In this document: positions 1-8,886 of the stretch, one piece after another
Numbering within the stretch: the stretch's first letter is position 1
How the letters are laid out: each line of letters opens with the position of its first letter
Source of the DNA: Bacteroidales bacterium
GTDB taxonomy: Bacteria > Bacteroidota > Bacteroidia > Bacteroidales > VadinHA17
DNA length: 64,000 nt
Direction: 5' to 3'
NCBI GenBank assembly: GCA_003141715.1
Contig: PLNF01000025.1
Location: 8,011-72,010 of the forward strand
Position numbers and translations under genes: made by a program
Notes under the pieces: generated by a model
Databases searched by the model: none
Told to the model about the DNA's origin: nothing
The model's input: the letters and a program-made list of their open reading frames with translations, nothing else

Positions 1-1341
1 CTCCAGAACTGGTATTTCCACCTGGGGTTTCTGAACCGGAAGTGAAAGAGTCAGATCGTTTTTGGCCTCATCGCTCCCTGCTCTGAATCTTATTTCAGAT
101 GCATCATGCAGAAACTGCACATATTTAACCTTATCAGCCATGTTCGAAAGCACAAGACTGCCCATTGGATATGCCAGTAAATGAATATATAATCTTTTAG
201 TTACAGGATTATAAGTCAGAAGTGTATTAGGCGGCGCGGTAAAAACAGCGGGAGCTTCAGTACATCCATAAATCGACCGATTATTAAATTTCATCCACTC
301 CCCCATTGCTTTCAGCCTTTCCTGGGCCCTGGAGTCAAAAACACCACGTGCCGTGGGACCGACATTCAATAATAAATTACCTCCTTTACTAACAGATTCT
401 ATAAGAAGTTCAAGTAGTTGTGCCGGGCTTTTCCATGTATATTCATCGCGATAATAGCCCCACGAACCTGAGAATGTCTGGCATGTTTCCCACGGAACTT
501 TTTTGCCATTTACTTCCGGCCATTTTGAAACTTGAACCTGTTCAGGGGAGGTGAAATCCCATCCGCCTGCAACATTGTCAAGATCAAGACGATCGTCAAC
601 AATAATTCCGGGTTGAAGTGAACGGACCATCTTTAAGAGGTTTTCAGAATCCCAGTCATCATGGCCTTTGCCATTCTTGCCAGGAAAAGAAAAATCAAAC
701 CAGATTATACTGATCTCGCCATAGTTAGTAAGCAACTCCCTGACCTGATTTTTTATATACTCACGATATTTGCTCATGTCCCTGCCTTTATTCAGTCGTG
801 TATAAGCCGAATCAGATGTCTGACGCTGGGGATGATTACTGTCAATTGTATAATCCGGATGATGCCAGTCAAGAAGGGAGTAGTAGAACCCAACCTTTAA
901 TCCTTCAGCCCTGAATGCCTCAACATATTCTTTTACTATGTCTTTTCCAAAGGGAGTATTTGTTGCTTTATAGTCGGTAAATCTGGAGTCGAACATACAG
1001 AAACCCTCGTGATGTTTGGCGGTAAGCACCACATACTTCATTCCGGCAGCTTTCGCCGTTTTTGCCCATTCATGCGGATCCCACATGTCGGGGTTAAACA
1101 ATTCAAAATACTTCTGATACTGCTCGTTAGTCATTTTTTCGGCATTCTTTACCCATTCATGACGTGCCGGCAAAGCATATAAGCCCCAGTGAATGAACAT
1201 TCCGAAACGTGCATCGGTCCACCATTTCATCCGCTCAGTTTTTTGGGTTTCTGTTTCTTTAGGCAGTTGAGCTAATGAGAATTGGTTAATGAATAACATG
1301 GAAATTAATAAAAGAAATGTAAATAAGGTTTTTGTTTTCAT
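1..1341 (-). CDS. alpha-L-fucosidase, GH29 family (3' end beyond left window edge)
   Basis: Absent from the ORF track because no stop lies in the window. Reverse-strand reading from the ATG at 1339-1341 gives MKTKTLFTFLLLISMLFINQFSLAQ (signal peptide). It continues MKWWTDARFGMFIHWGLYALPARHEW, the typical N-terminal GH29 block. The frame reads open to position 1. Confidence 0.85.
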   Translation of the reverse strand, partial: MKTKTLFTFLLLISMLFINQFSLAQLPKETETQKTERMKWWTDARFGMFIHWGLYALPARHEWVKNAEKMTNEQYQKYFELFNPDMWDPHEWAKTAKAAGMKYVVLTAKHHEGFCMFDSRFTDYKATNTPFGKDIVKEYVEAFRAEGLKVGFYYSLLDWHHPDYTIDSNHPQRQTSDSAYTRLNKGRDMSKYREYIKNQVRELLTNYGEISIIWFDFSFPGKNGKGHDDWDSENLLKMVRSLQPGIIVDDRLDLDNVAGGWDFTSPEQVQVSKWPEVNGKKVPWETCQTFSGSWGYYRDEYTWKSPAQLLELLIESVSKGGNLLLNVGPTARGVFDSRAQERLKAMGEWMKFNNRSIYGCTEAPAVFTAPPNTLLTYNPVTKRLYIHLLAYPMGSLVLSNMADKVKYVQFLHDASEIRFRAGSDEAKNDLTLSLPVQKPQVEIPVLE

Positions 1342-1536
1342 AGCTGCTTGTATTTTTTAGTAAAGTTAAGCGATTAGACTTTATGTTCAAACTACGCATT
1401 ATATTGTCGAAAATTACACTTGTCACAAAAGTCTGAAAATCGTTTGCATTTCATGAATATTTGATATAAATTTATATTCGAAACAAATGAAAAGGGAACG
1501 TAGTTGTTGGTTTTATCTTTTGATTATTTGGAATTT

Positions 1537-2505
1537 ATGGACTTGAAATCTTTCATATCAGTTGCAAAAAAAGTATTCATCATCTTGATTTCTACTTTCT
1601 CCTTCAATCTGTCAAACGGACAACAGATGCCCTTTTATCCTATATCATACAGGATTTTCGATCCTTTCATCTTTAATCCGGCAATAGCCGGAAGCAAGGA
1701 TTTCTTCAATATTGACCTCCTTGAGAGTAATTATAACAAATCCAATTCCGAACTGGTTTGTGGAAACCTGAGGCTTTCAAAATCGCATCCTGATTATTTT
1801 TCATCACCGGATGCTCCCGAGTTCACGCATGTCGGTGTTGGAGGAGTAATATATAATGAATTGAACGGTTTATCTCATAATATAGGAATTAGCGGCTCAG
1901 TATCATATCATATACAGTTAGATAAAGATGCACTCTCATTTTTATCTTTCGGAATATCTGTCAAGGCAGTTTCAAATCATTATTCAGGAGATCCGGATTT
2001 TAGTAAACCAGCAAAAAATACTGTTTTTCCCAACTTTGATGCCGGAATATATTATTATAGCAAACATCTGTTTGTTGGGGTTTCAGCAACGAATATTCTT
2101 GGCAATCCGGAGGATCCCGACAGTCTTGGTTTTTACACAATACCTGTTTCGCATCAGCTGTTTTTCCAGATTGGTTACAAAGTGGTTCTTTCAAAGCCTC
2201 TCAATATTTTGCTTGAGCCTTCATTAATTGTAAATTCCGACGACTCATTTTCAGGGAAAATAACCGATATGCTTAAACCAATGCTAAAATTATATATCGG
2301 CAATATTTGCATTGGAACATATTTCAATGATTTTAATAAAACTTCGTTTTTCTTTCAATACAACTACCGGAGGTTTTATATTGGAACTTATTTTGAATTA
2401 CCGAAAGACTCACCTTTCTATAAAGAGCCAATCCTTACAGAATTCACTTTAGGTTTAAATATATCAGCCATTAAATCAGGAATATCCAGACGTAATCACT
2501 GGTAA
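1537..2505 (+). CDS. PorP/SprF-family type IX secretion membrane protein
   Basis: The N-terminal hydrophobic segment is followed by QQMPFYPISYRIFDPFIFNPAIAG and FDAGIYYYSKHLFVGVSATNIL blocks, typical of PorP/SprF. I prefer the ATG at 1537 over the track's TTG at 1504. Confidence 0.75.
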   Translation: MDLKSFISVAKKVFIILISTFSFNLSNGQQMPFYPISYRIFDPFIFNPAIAGSKDFFNIDLLESNYNKSNSELVCGNLRLSKSHPDYFSSPDAPEFTHVGVGGVIYNELNGLSHNIGISGSVSYHIQLDKDALSFLSFGISVKAVSNHYSGDPDFSKPAKNTVFPNFDAGIYYYSKHLFVGVSATNILGNPEDPDSLGFYTIPVSHQLFFQIGYKVVLSKPLNILLEPSLIVNSDDSFSGKITDMLKPMLKLYIGNICIGTYFNDFNKTSFFFQYNYRRFYIGTYFELPKDSPFYKEPILTEFTLGLNISAIKSGISRRNHW

Positions 2506-2526
2506 TCAGGATTTTTGATAAATTAT

Positions 2527-4374
2527 ATGAAAATGAGATCCAAAATAATAATATTTCTTTGGCTGACCCTGGGTCTGATGGCATCAGCTCCTTTTATGAA
2601 AGGAAAAGATGTAATCTGCCGTGATCAGCTTAATTCACTTAAATCTGATACTTCAATTATCAGCCGGTACATAAAAGTTGATTCTTTCAACCTGAGTATT
2701 CTTCCTCCGTCTTCCGGTGTTCAATTTTATAAAGACGGAATTGTATTTCTTTCATCGACAAAATCTGCAGGCAGCATGCTGCCCGGACATCTCTCGTTTG
2801 GAAAAATCAATGCCTTTTATTCTGTTTTGAAGGATTCAGTTCTAGAAAATCCTGAGGTTTTTTCACCTTCCTCATCGTTTCCCTACCCCTGCGAAGCCAT
2901 CACTTTCAGCAGCGACTCAAGTACAATGTATTTCACCAAATATTCCAAAACCGATGGCGTTGAAAAGATCTACAAGGCTAAATTTTCTGCAGAAAGCGGT
3001 AATAAAGGGGATTGGACTTTTGATACTGATCCTGTGAGTTTTTGTTCCGGCAAATCAACATATACTGATCCTGCCTTATCAATAGATGGCAGAATGATGA
3101 TCTTTTCTTCAAACCGGCCAGGTTCTGTAGGAGGGATGGATCTTTTCGTTTCTCTAGAGAAAAATGGAACATGGTCTGATCCGGTAAATCTTGGTAACGC
3201 TGTCAATTCAACATCCAATGAATTATATCCTTTTTTAGATTCGGAAAATAACCTGTATTTTTCATCTGACAACATTCAAGGTTATGGTGGTTATGATATA
3301 TACGTTTGTAAATTCAAAAGCAATACATGGGAAAAACCTATAAACCTATCAAGCCCGGTAAACACCAGATTTGATGATGTAGCATTTAAAGTTAACAGGA
3401 AAGATGAAAAATCGGCATTCTATACCATAAAACAAAATTCTGGTAAAAGATCCTCGCAATTGTATAGGGTAACAATGAAGAATAATAGGGAGGATACCTT
3501 GTTGACTCTATCACAATTTTATACGAGGCCCGACATTTCACATATGGTAATCCTGGCATTAGAACCAGCTGTACAGGCTACAGATAGGATAAGTGAGACT
3601 TCAGTACCAAAAAAATCAGGCCCCCGAGGGGAAAAGGATAATATAATTTTTAGGGTTCAGTTTTTGACCAGCTTTAATCCAAGAACCAGATCTCTGATTA
3701 CTGTAGACGGAAAGGATTACAACGTCTTCGAATATTTATATTCAGGAGCTTACAGATTATGCGTTGGTGAGTTCAGTACCCTCACTCCGGCGCTAGAGCT
3801 ACAAAATTTACTAATAAAAGCTGATTATCGAGCATCAGTTGTTGCCTTTAAGAATAATGTCATGTCTCTGGATCCTGAATTATTAAAAGATCAAGTTGTT
3901 TCAGGTTCCGTAGTTAATACAGAGCAAACCATGATTACTAAACCTGTAACTGAAGTTAAACCCAGGCAGGAGTATGTCACTCCGGAACCCGTGAAAGAAG
4001 TCAGGAAAGCTGAAACACTGGGTAAGAAGCTTATTATAACATCTCCAATCCAGGTCAAATCAAACTCAAAAATGGGACCTGAAAAAGCAACATCTTCCAA
4101 CACTCCCGGGAAAAAGGATATAGTGGTGTACAGGGTTCAGATCTTTTCAGGCGGCACAAAAGGCGGCAGTACAAAGATTAAAATTAATGATAAGATTTAT
4201 TACACCTATGAATATCCCTTTAATGGAGGATACCGTACATGCATAGGAGAATTCAAAACGCTTGCTCCTGCGAAGGATTTTCAGAATGTATGCAGAAAAT
4301 CGGGTTACCCCCAGGCTTTTGTTGTAGCGTTTAAAAATAATGTAAGGTCATTGGACCCTGCATTATTTAAATAA
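2527..4374 (+). CDS. PD40/TolB-like beta-propeller repeat protein with two C-terminal SPOR-like domains
   Basis: Signal peptide MKMRSKIIIFLWLTLGLMASA. PD40-like repeats (IFSSNRPGSVGGMDLFVS, LYFSSDNIQGYGGYDIYV). Two SPOR-like units lie at about 3643-3880 and 4117-4365 (F/YRVQ..., GxYR.C.GEF, VVAFKNN). Sits directly after PorP/SprF, a common pairing. Confidence 0.7.
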   Translation: MKMRSKIIIFLWLTLGLMASAPFMKGKDVICRDQLNSLKSDTSIISRYIKVDSFNLSILPPSSGVQFYKDGIVFLSSTKSAGSMLPGHLSFGKINAFYSVLKDSVLENPEVFSPSSSFPYPCEAITFSSDSSTMYFTKYSKTDGVEKIYKAKFSAESGNKGDWTFDTDPVSFCSGKSTYTDPALSIDGRMMIFSSNRPGSVGGMDLFVSLEKNGTWSDPVNLGNAVNSTSNELYPFLDSENNLYFSSDNIQGYGGYDIYVCKFKSNTWEKPINLSSPVNTRFDDVAFKVNRKDEKSAFYTIKQNSGKRSSQLYRVTMKNNREDTLLTLSQFYTRPDISHMVILALEPAVQATDRISETSVPKKSGPRGEKDNIIFRVQFLTSFNPRTRSLITVDGKDYNVFEYLYSGAYRLCVGEFSTLTPALELQNLLIKADYRASVVAFKNNVMSLDPELLKDQVVSGSVVNTEQTMITKPVTEVKPRQEYVTPEPVKEVRKAETLGKKLIITSPIQVKSNSKMGPEKATSSNTPGKKDIVVYRVQIFSGGTKGGSTKIKINDKIYYTYEYPFNGGYRTCIGEFKTLAPAKDFQNVCRKSGYPQAFVVAFKNNVRSLDPALFK

Positions 4375-4828
4375 ATACAGGGGTGTCTTTAATAATCTCA
4401 CCCGTGTCGTTAGTGCAATATAGTTTTATGCCAATACTTGGTGTTGCACCTTGAAAAATACCTGATATTGGAAGAAAAGCATCCGTAATATCCCCAAATT
4501 CTTTTATCTCATCAAATTCTTCAACAGGCAAATACAGGTTTATTATCAAGACAGAGTCAGGTCCGTTAATCCGGGCCAGAACCTTAAGAATTTTTGCCAG
4601 CCACAAAGAGGATGCAGTACTGAAATACTCCAAATCAAGCCGGATATTGGTTGTTGGTCTGGCATTTATTATATATTGTTCCACCCATTTTAATGCAGGT
4701 TCATATATTTTGGCAGCATTTTCAGGCATTGACTTGCCAGTAAAAAGAAGCTCCCCGGTTAATTGATTCATATCAATTTGTGGAGTCTTTGGAGAACCTT
4801 CAATAAATAAGTTCGATAATTCCATCAT
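4367..4828 (-). CDS. DUF1987 / SiaC-family protein
   Basis: 153 aa. EGSPKTPQIDMNQLTGELLFTGKSMPENAAKIYEPALKWVEQY matches the DUF1987 (SiaC) N-terminal signature. The 3' end overlaps the convergent upstream gene by 8 nt. Confidence 0.7.
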   Translation of the reverse strand: MMELSNLFIEGSPKTPQIDMNQLTGELLFTGKSMPENAAKIYEPALKWVEQYIINARPTTNIRLDLEYFSTASSLWLAKILKVLARINGPDSVLIINLYLPVEEFDEIKEFGDITDAFLPISGIFQGATPSIGIKLYCTNDTGEIIKDTPVFI

Positions 4829-5226
4829 TTTAGTCGTATCCAGGGAATTTTAGAAAATGTAAAACTCAGTTCTTATTAAACAAATATCAAATATCAAAAT
4901 TAAAATTTATTTCCATCAGGTTAAAAGTCTTTATCAAATTCTAAAGGCCAGTCATCAATTAAATTGATCTGTTCATAGAAATAAATAATTTTTATCACTT
5001 TTGCCACCAAAAACTTAATATTGTTCTTTGAAATCAAGATTGCATAGGGGTCGTAGAGCTTTTTAATTGGGTGTCGATTTGAAAAGGAATAACTATCATG
5101 GTTCTAATCAGACTTTAATTTATCAATTGGGGGTTGTTTAAAAAGTTAAATAATTGAGTGATTGTTTTATTTGTACAAGAGGTTTTTTAAAAATTATTAT
5201 AGCCACGAATGTGGCTAAATATGAAT

Positions 5227-5250
5227 AACCCCCGGCACCAGCCGGGGGTT
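5227..5250. repeat. REP-like hairpin, left copy (9-bp GC-rich stem, loop CACCAG)
   Basis: aacccccggcaccagccgggggtt. Preceded by atgaat, which is inverted (attcat) after the right copy. Confidence 0.8.
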
Positions 5251-5361
5251 GGCCAACACGATGATCAATAGCCCTGAAGGGGCGTAATATAGTTGGTAAT
5301 AATCAGATGTTTTTGTATTTTAGTACTATCTCGCTGTATTACTAATTTATTAATTCACAAA

Positions 5362-5808
5362 ATGTCAAGTTATCGTCAACATCTGTATCACCTTGTTTTC
5401 AGAACAAAGGACAGCCTTCCTGCTATTAAACAGGATCATGTCAATGAGCTATATGCCTATATTACAGGTATAGTAAAACATAAAAACAGTCACCTGTATC
5501 GTATAAATGGTATTGAAAATCACCTTCATATTCTTACGGATATGCATCCTTCAATTGCACCTGCGGATTTTATGCGAGAGGTCAAAGTATCATCTTCATT
5601 ATGGATGAAAAACAGTGGACTTTTTCCAACATTTAAAGGATGGGCAGTTGGGTATGGTTCTTTTACCTGCTCATATATGGATATGGATAGGTTGATAGAT
5701 TATGTTATGAATCAACAGGCCCATCACAAAAAATTAACATTTGAAGTGGAGTACAGGATTCTGCTGCAGGAGTATGGTATAATTCCAGATGAACGGTTTT
5801 TTCCTTAA
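5362..5808 (+). CDS. IS200/IS605-family Y1 (HUH) transposase, REP-associated tyrosine transposase (RAYT)-like
   Basis: YRQHLYHLVFRTKDSLP N-terminus, HUH motif in ENHLHILTD, and catalytic Tyr context DYVMNQQAHH (YxxxQ). ATG at 5362 preferred over the track start at 5293. Confidence 0.8.
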   Translation: MSSYRQHLYHLVFRTKDSLPAIKQDHVNELYAYITGIVKHKNSHLYRINGIENHLHILTDMHPSIAPADFMREVKVSSSLWMKNSGLFPTFKGWAVGYGSFTCSYMDMDRLIDYVMNQQAHHKKLTFEVEYRILLQEYGIIPDERFFP

Positions 5809-5856
5809 CTGTTATATTCAGCTCCTTCAGAGCTGCTGAAGGCTTGTTGTAGCTCC

Positions 5857-5880
5857 ACCCCCGGCACCAGCCGGGGGTTA
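5857..5880. repeat. REP-like hairpin, right copy
   Basis: acccccggcaccagccgggggtta. Same stem and same loop orientation as 5227-5250. Confidence 0.8.
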
Positions 5881-6656
5881 TTCATATCTGGCTCTTTCAG
5901 AGCCGTGATAAGTAATGTCATTTATTATTATGTTGTTATGCTACATTAGAATCTCTTTCTGAGTCGTTTTTTCAACCGAAAACATCTCATATCATATCAG
6001 TCCCATCTGCAAGGGTATTAATCCTTAATTTGTGGGCTAAAGTACATAAGTAAGTTATCTTAGTCCATTGGCCAAAGCCAATGGTAATTTAAAACTTACA
6101 AAAATCGATAAATTTCAATTACAGCGCCTTAAGTCGAAACTCCTTCAAAATAGCTACTTACAAATTACGCTTATACAAATGTTAAAGAATTAAAAAGAAT
6201 TAAATTGTATGAAGTCAAAATCAATTAAATGTAAATGGACACTAGTGATTCCCTTCCATAATCAAACTTTCAAGCGCCCTCAAAATTAAAAACCGGAAAG
6301 AGGAACTGAGTATTCCTGATTTCACCGGAATTTTCGTCCAAATATTTATGCCATTGGTCAAATAGTTGATAATTAAATTTCAGTACAATCCTTAGGTTTA
6401 TAACCTCTATATAAATCTAATTATATGAGCTTTATAATAATTGCACCAGCGGACTTTTTCAAACGTTCGATAATTGCTAATAAATTTCGTTCATTTTTGA
6501 CAAACGGAATAATTAGTATTATCAATAAATCTTTTTTATTGATTTACGCACAGTTTACATTGATTAACAATTAATGAAAACAGGCTGTTTTCAGGCTATA
6601 AGGGTTGCACCTATTGACTGAAAGCATCTTATTGCATAATTTTATTTTTGAAGAAT

Positions 6657-7301
6657 ATGACTTTAATCATGATTGACAGAAAAGCTGAGAACGAACCTAA
6701 TATCATTAATAATCAAGAGATTAACACATATTTTAATCTGTATCGTAATTCAGTTTATAAAAGTGAAAATAATCCTGTTTCTGAATTTCTGACTGCTGAA
6801 GGCTGTGATGACTTTTTAGATTATGTTGAATGGTTAGGTCTTGCAAATGATCCGAATCTCGTTGTTCTTCCTTCCATGCACCATTATTATTATGATGCTG
6901 AAGACATGAAGGATGTAAAAACCGTTATTAACCTTAAGGGCCTTAACCAGATAAAGCATGTTAAGAGCTTTCTTCATTCTATTTTCCATATTCTGCCACA
7001 AAACAGTTATTTTATCGGAAGCTTCGTTGACAATAAGAATGTTAGCGGGTATTTGTTGAGAAACCGTTTATACGATGTTAAGGATAACATAAGTCATGAT
7101 GCTGTTGAAAATGATATTATTTCGCGCATACCATTCTTTAACAGATTGTATGGTTTGATGGATTCAAGGACTAATAATTACATGTCAAAGACAAATGTTT
7201 CTTTACTTCTGAAAGATCATGGGTTTAAGATACTCGACATGACTGAAATAAACGGACTCACTTACTTTTGCGCCCAAAAACTCAGGACTGCTGATAATTA
7301 A
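6657..7301 (+). CDS. hypothetical protein (distant methyltransferase-fold-like C-terminus, no SAM motif seen)
   Basis: Clean ORF upstream of the initiating transferase. No motif I recognise. The C-terminal HGFKILDMTEINGLTYFCAQK resembles the end of class I MTases, but there is no GxGxG. Confidence 0.4.
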   Translation: MTLIMIDRKAENEPNIINNQEINTYFNLYRNSVYKSENNPVSEFLTAEGCDDFLDYVEWLGLANDPNLVVLPSMHHYYYDAEDMKDVKTVINLKGLNQIKHVKSFLHSIFHILPQNSYFIGSFVDNKNVSGYLLRNRLYDVKDNISHDAVENDIISRIPFFNRLYGLMDSRTNNYMSKTNVSLLLKDHGFKILDMTEINGLTYFCAQKLRTADN

Positions 7302-7373
7302 GAAAGTCTGAATCCGCTAAGCACGACTCCTCATCTTCTAATCAGAATTAATTTTTAATGAAGTTATTTAACA

Positions 7374-8825
7374 ATGGATTTCATTAGTTATCTGGATCGA
7401 CTCAAAATAGTTCCGTTTATAAAGAAATGGAATCTTCTAAATTTTATTCTGGGTACAATAGACATCCTGGCAATTTCACTTGCATTTCAATGCTCCTATT
7501 TTATAAACTATTTTCAAACCGGAGGTTTCTTTTTCTCCGAATCAAGATTCCTGGATCTTTTTCTTTTAATTACCCCTTTATGGCTGTTTATCTTATATTT
7601 AATAAAAATCACTGAGATCCCAAGGACTAAGAGGTACAGGGATCTGCTTATCGAATATCTCCGATCAACAATACTGATAATTATTCTTTTAGTGGTATTT
7701 TATTTTGTTTTTAAGCTGAATTTAATTTCCCGTATGTTCCTTATTGAGTTTACTGTTTTTGGTTTTCTTTTCTTATTTTTTGCCAGGTTGCTGGAGTATA
7801 AAGTATTTAAAATTTACAGGGCTAAGGGGTATAATTATAAAAATATTGTTTTAATAACAGATGAATCATCACTGTCATTTATTGAAAACCTTTTATTGTA
7901 TAAGGAGTGGGGATACAGGATAATTGCAATTTTTACCGGATCAGTTCAGCTCAGGGAAAAGTATGAAAAAACAATAATCCTGCTTCCTGAAGAATATATC
8001 AAGGTACTTAATGACCTGATGGAGGTTGATATTATTGATGAAGTTTTATATTTAAAAAAGAAGGTGATCCCTTCTGAAGTCAGAAACATAATCAGATCGT
8101 GTGAAGAATTAGGTGTTGTCTTCAGGCTTAGATATGAGGATGATAAGTTTAACCTTACCAGTGCCATAAAAACGAATCTTGCAGATGAAAAATTCCTGAA
8201 TTTTATCAATATACCTCATAACTTATATTCTCTTGCCATAAAAAAAATCATGGATATAACTATATCCCTTATTGTGATAATTTTATTATCTCCGTTTCTT
8301 TTAATTATTGCATTTCTGATAAAATTTTCATCAACCGGACCAGTAATATACAAGCAGACCAGGGTTGGATTAAGAGGACGGTTGTTTGATCTTTATAAAT
8401 TCAGGACTATGGTAGCCAATGCCGAAACACTGAAAAAGGATCTTGAGGAAGCAAATGAAATGGACGGCCCGGTATTCAAAATAAGAAACGATCCCCGCGT
8501 TATAAAGATCGGAAGATTTCTTCGCAAAACAGGATTGGATGAACTGCCTCAGCTTTTTAATATCCTGCAGGGCGAAATGTCATTAATCGGTCCGCGGCCT
8601 CCGATACCAGGCGAAATCCATCATTATAAACGATGGCAGCTCAGACGCCTTTCCGTTAAGCCCGGCCTCTCTTGTTTCTGGCAGATAAAACCCGACAGGA
8701 ACAGTATTAAGTTCGAAAAATGGATGGAACTGGATTTAGCCTATATTGATAACTGGTCTCTTCGATTGGATTTTGTCATTCTGCTTAAGACGATAAAAAC
8801 TGTTTTTCAGAGGACGGGATTGTAG
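7374..8825 (+). CDS. polyprenyl-phosphate sugar phosphotransferase (WbaP/EpsB-type initiating transferase)
   Basis: N-terminal TM bundle and a central Rossmann-like region. The C-terminal bacterial sugar transferase block reads GPVIYKQTRVGLRGRLFDLYKFRTM...DGPVFKIRNDPRV...GLDELPQLFNILQGEMSLIGPRPP. Confidence 0.9.
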   Translation: MDFISYLDRLKIVPFIKKWNLLNFILGTIDILAISLAFQCSYFINYFQTGGFFFSESRFLDLFLLITPLWLFILYLIKITEIPRTKRYRDLLIEYLRSTILIIILLVVFYFVFKLNLISRMFLIEFTVFGFLFLFFARLLEYKVFKIYRAKGYNYKNIVLITDESSLSFIENLLLYKEWGYRIIAIFTGSVQLREKYEKTIILLPEEYIKVLNDLMEVDIIDEVLYLKKKVIPSEVRNIIRSCEELGVVFRLRYEDDKFNLTSAIKTNLADEKFLNFINIPHNLYSLAIKKIMDITISLIVIILLSPFLLIIAFLIKFSSTGPVIYKQTRVGLRGRLFDLYKFRTMVANAETLKKDLEEANEMDGPVFKIRNDPRVIKIGRFLRKTGLDELPQLFNILQGEMSLIGPRPPIPGEIHHYKRWQLRRLSVKPGLSCFWQIKPDRNSIKFEKWMELDLAYIDNWSLRLDFVILLKTIKTVFQRTGL

Positions 8826-8838
8826 CAATGCCCGGAGC

Positions 8839-8875
8839 TTGGAACTTTGAACTTTGAACATGGAACTCCAGGCAC
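8839..8875 (+). repeat. heptamer array A (ttggaac tttgaac tttgaac atggaac + tccaggcac)
   Basis: Four tandem 7-nt units NTKGAAC followed by one 9-mer ending GGCAC. Lies in the 61-nt spacer between convergent genes. Confidence 0.85.
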
Positions 8876-8886
8876 TTCAATTCGGT

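Larger units (their letters stand above)
5201..5904 (+). mobile_element. REPtron-like unit: IS200-like/RAYT transposase gene bracketed by short palindromic hairpins
   Basis: Hairpins at 5201-5216, 5227-5250, 5819-5835, 5857-5880 and 5890-5904 flank the Y1 transposase ORF. The 24-nt hairpin AACCCCCGG-CACCAG-CCGGGGGTT occurs on both sides. Confidence 0.65.

Noticed and set aside
661-900. 79-aa plus-strand ORF
   Set aside because: It lies antisense within the GH29 fucosidase reading frame, which has clear family motifs.
4900-5100. Possible small minus-strand gene or pseudogene (peptide ending ...DDWPLEFDKDF)
   Set aside because: Stops interrupt the frame within about 15 codons, and no start codon is present.
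6643-6650. tatttttg matching the Bacteroidetes -7 promoter consensus TAnnTTTG
   Set aside because: It sits only 6 nt before the ATG at 6657. Such AT-rich octamers are frequent by chance here, so this is not enough to call a promoter.
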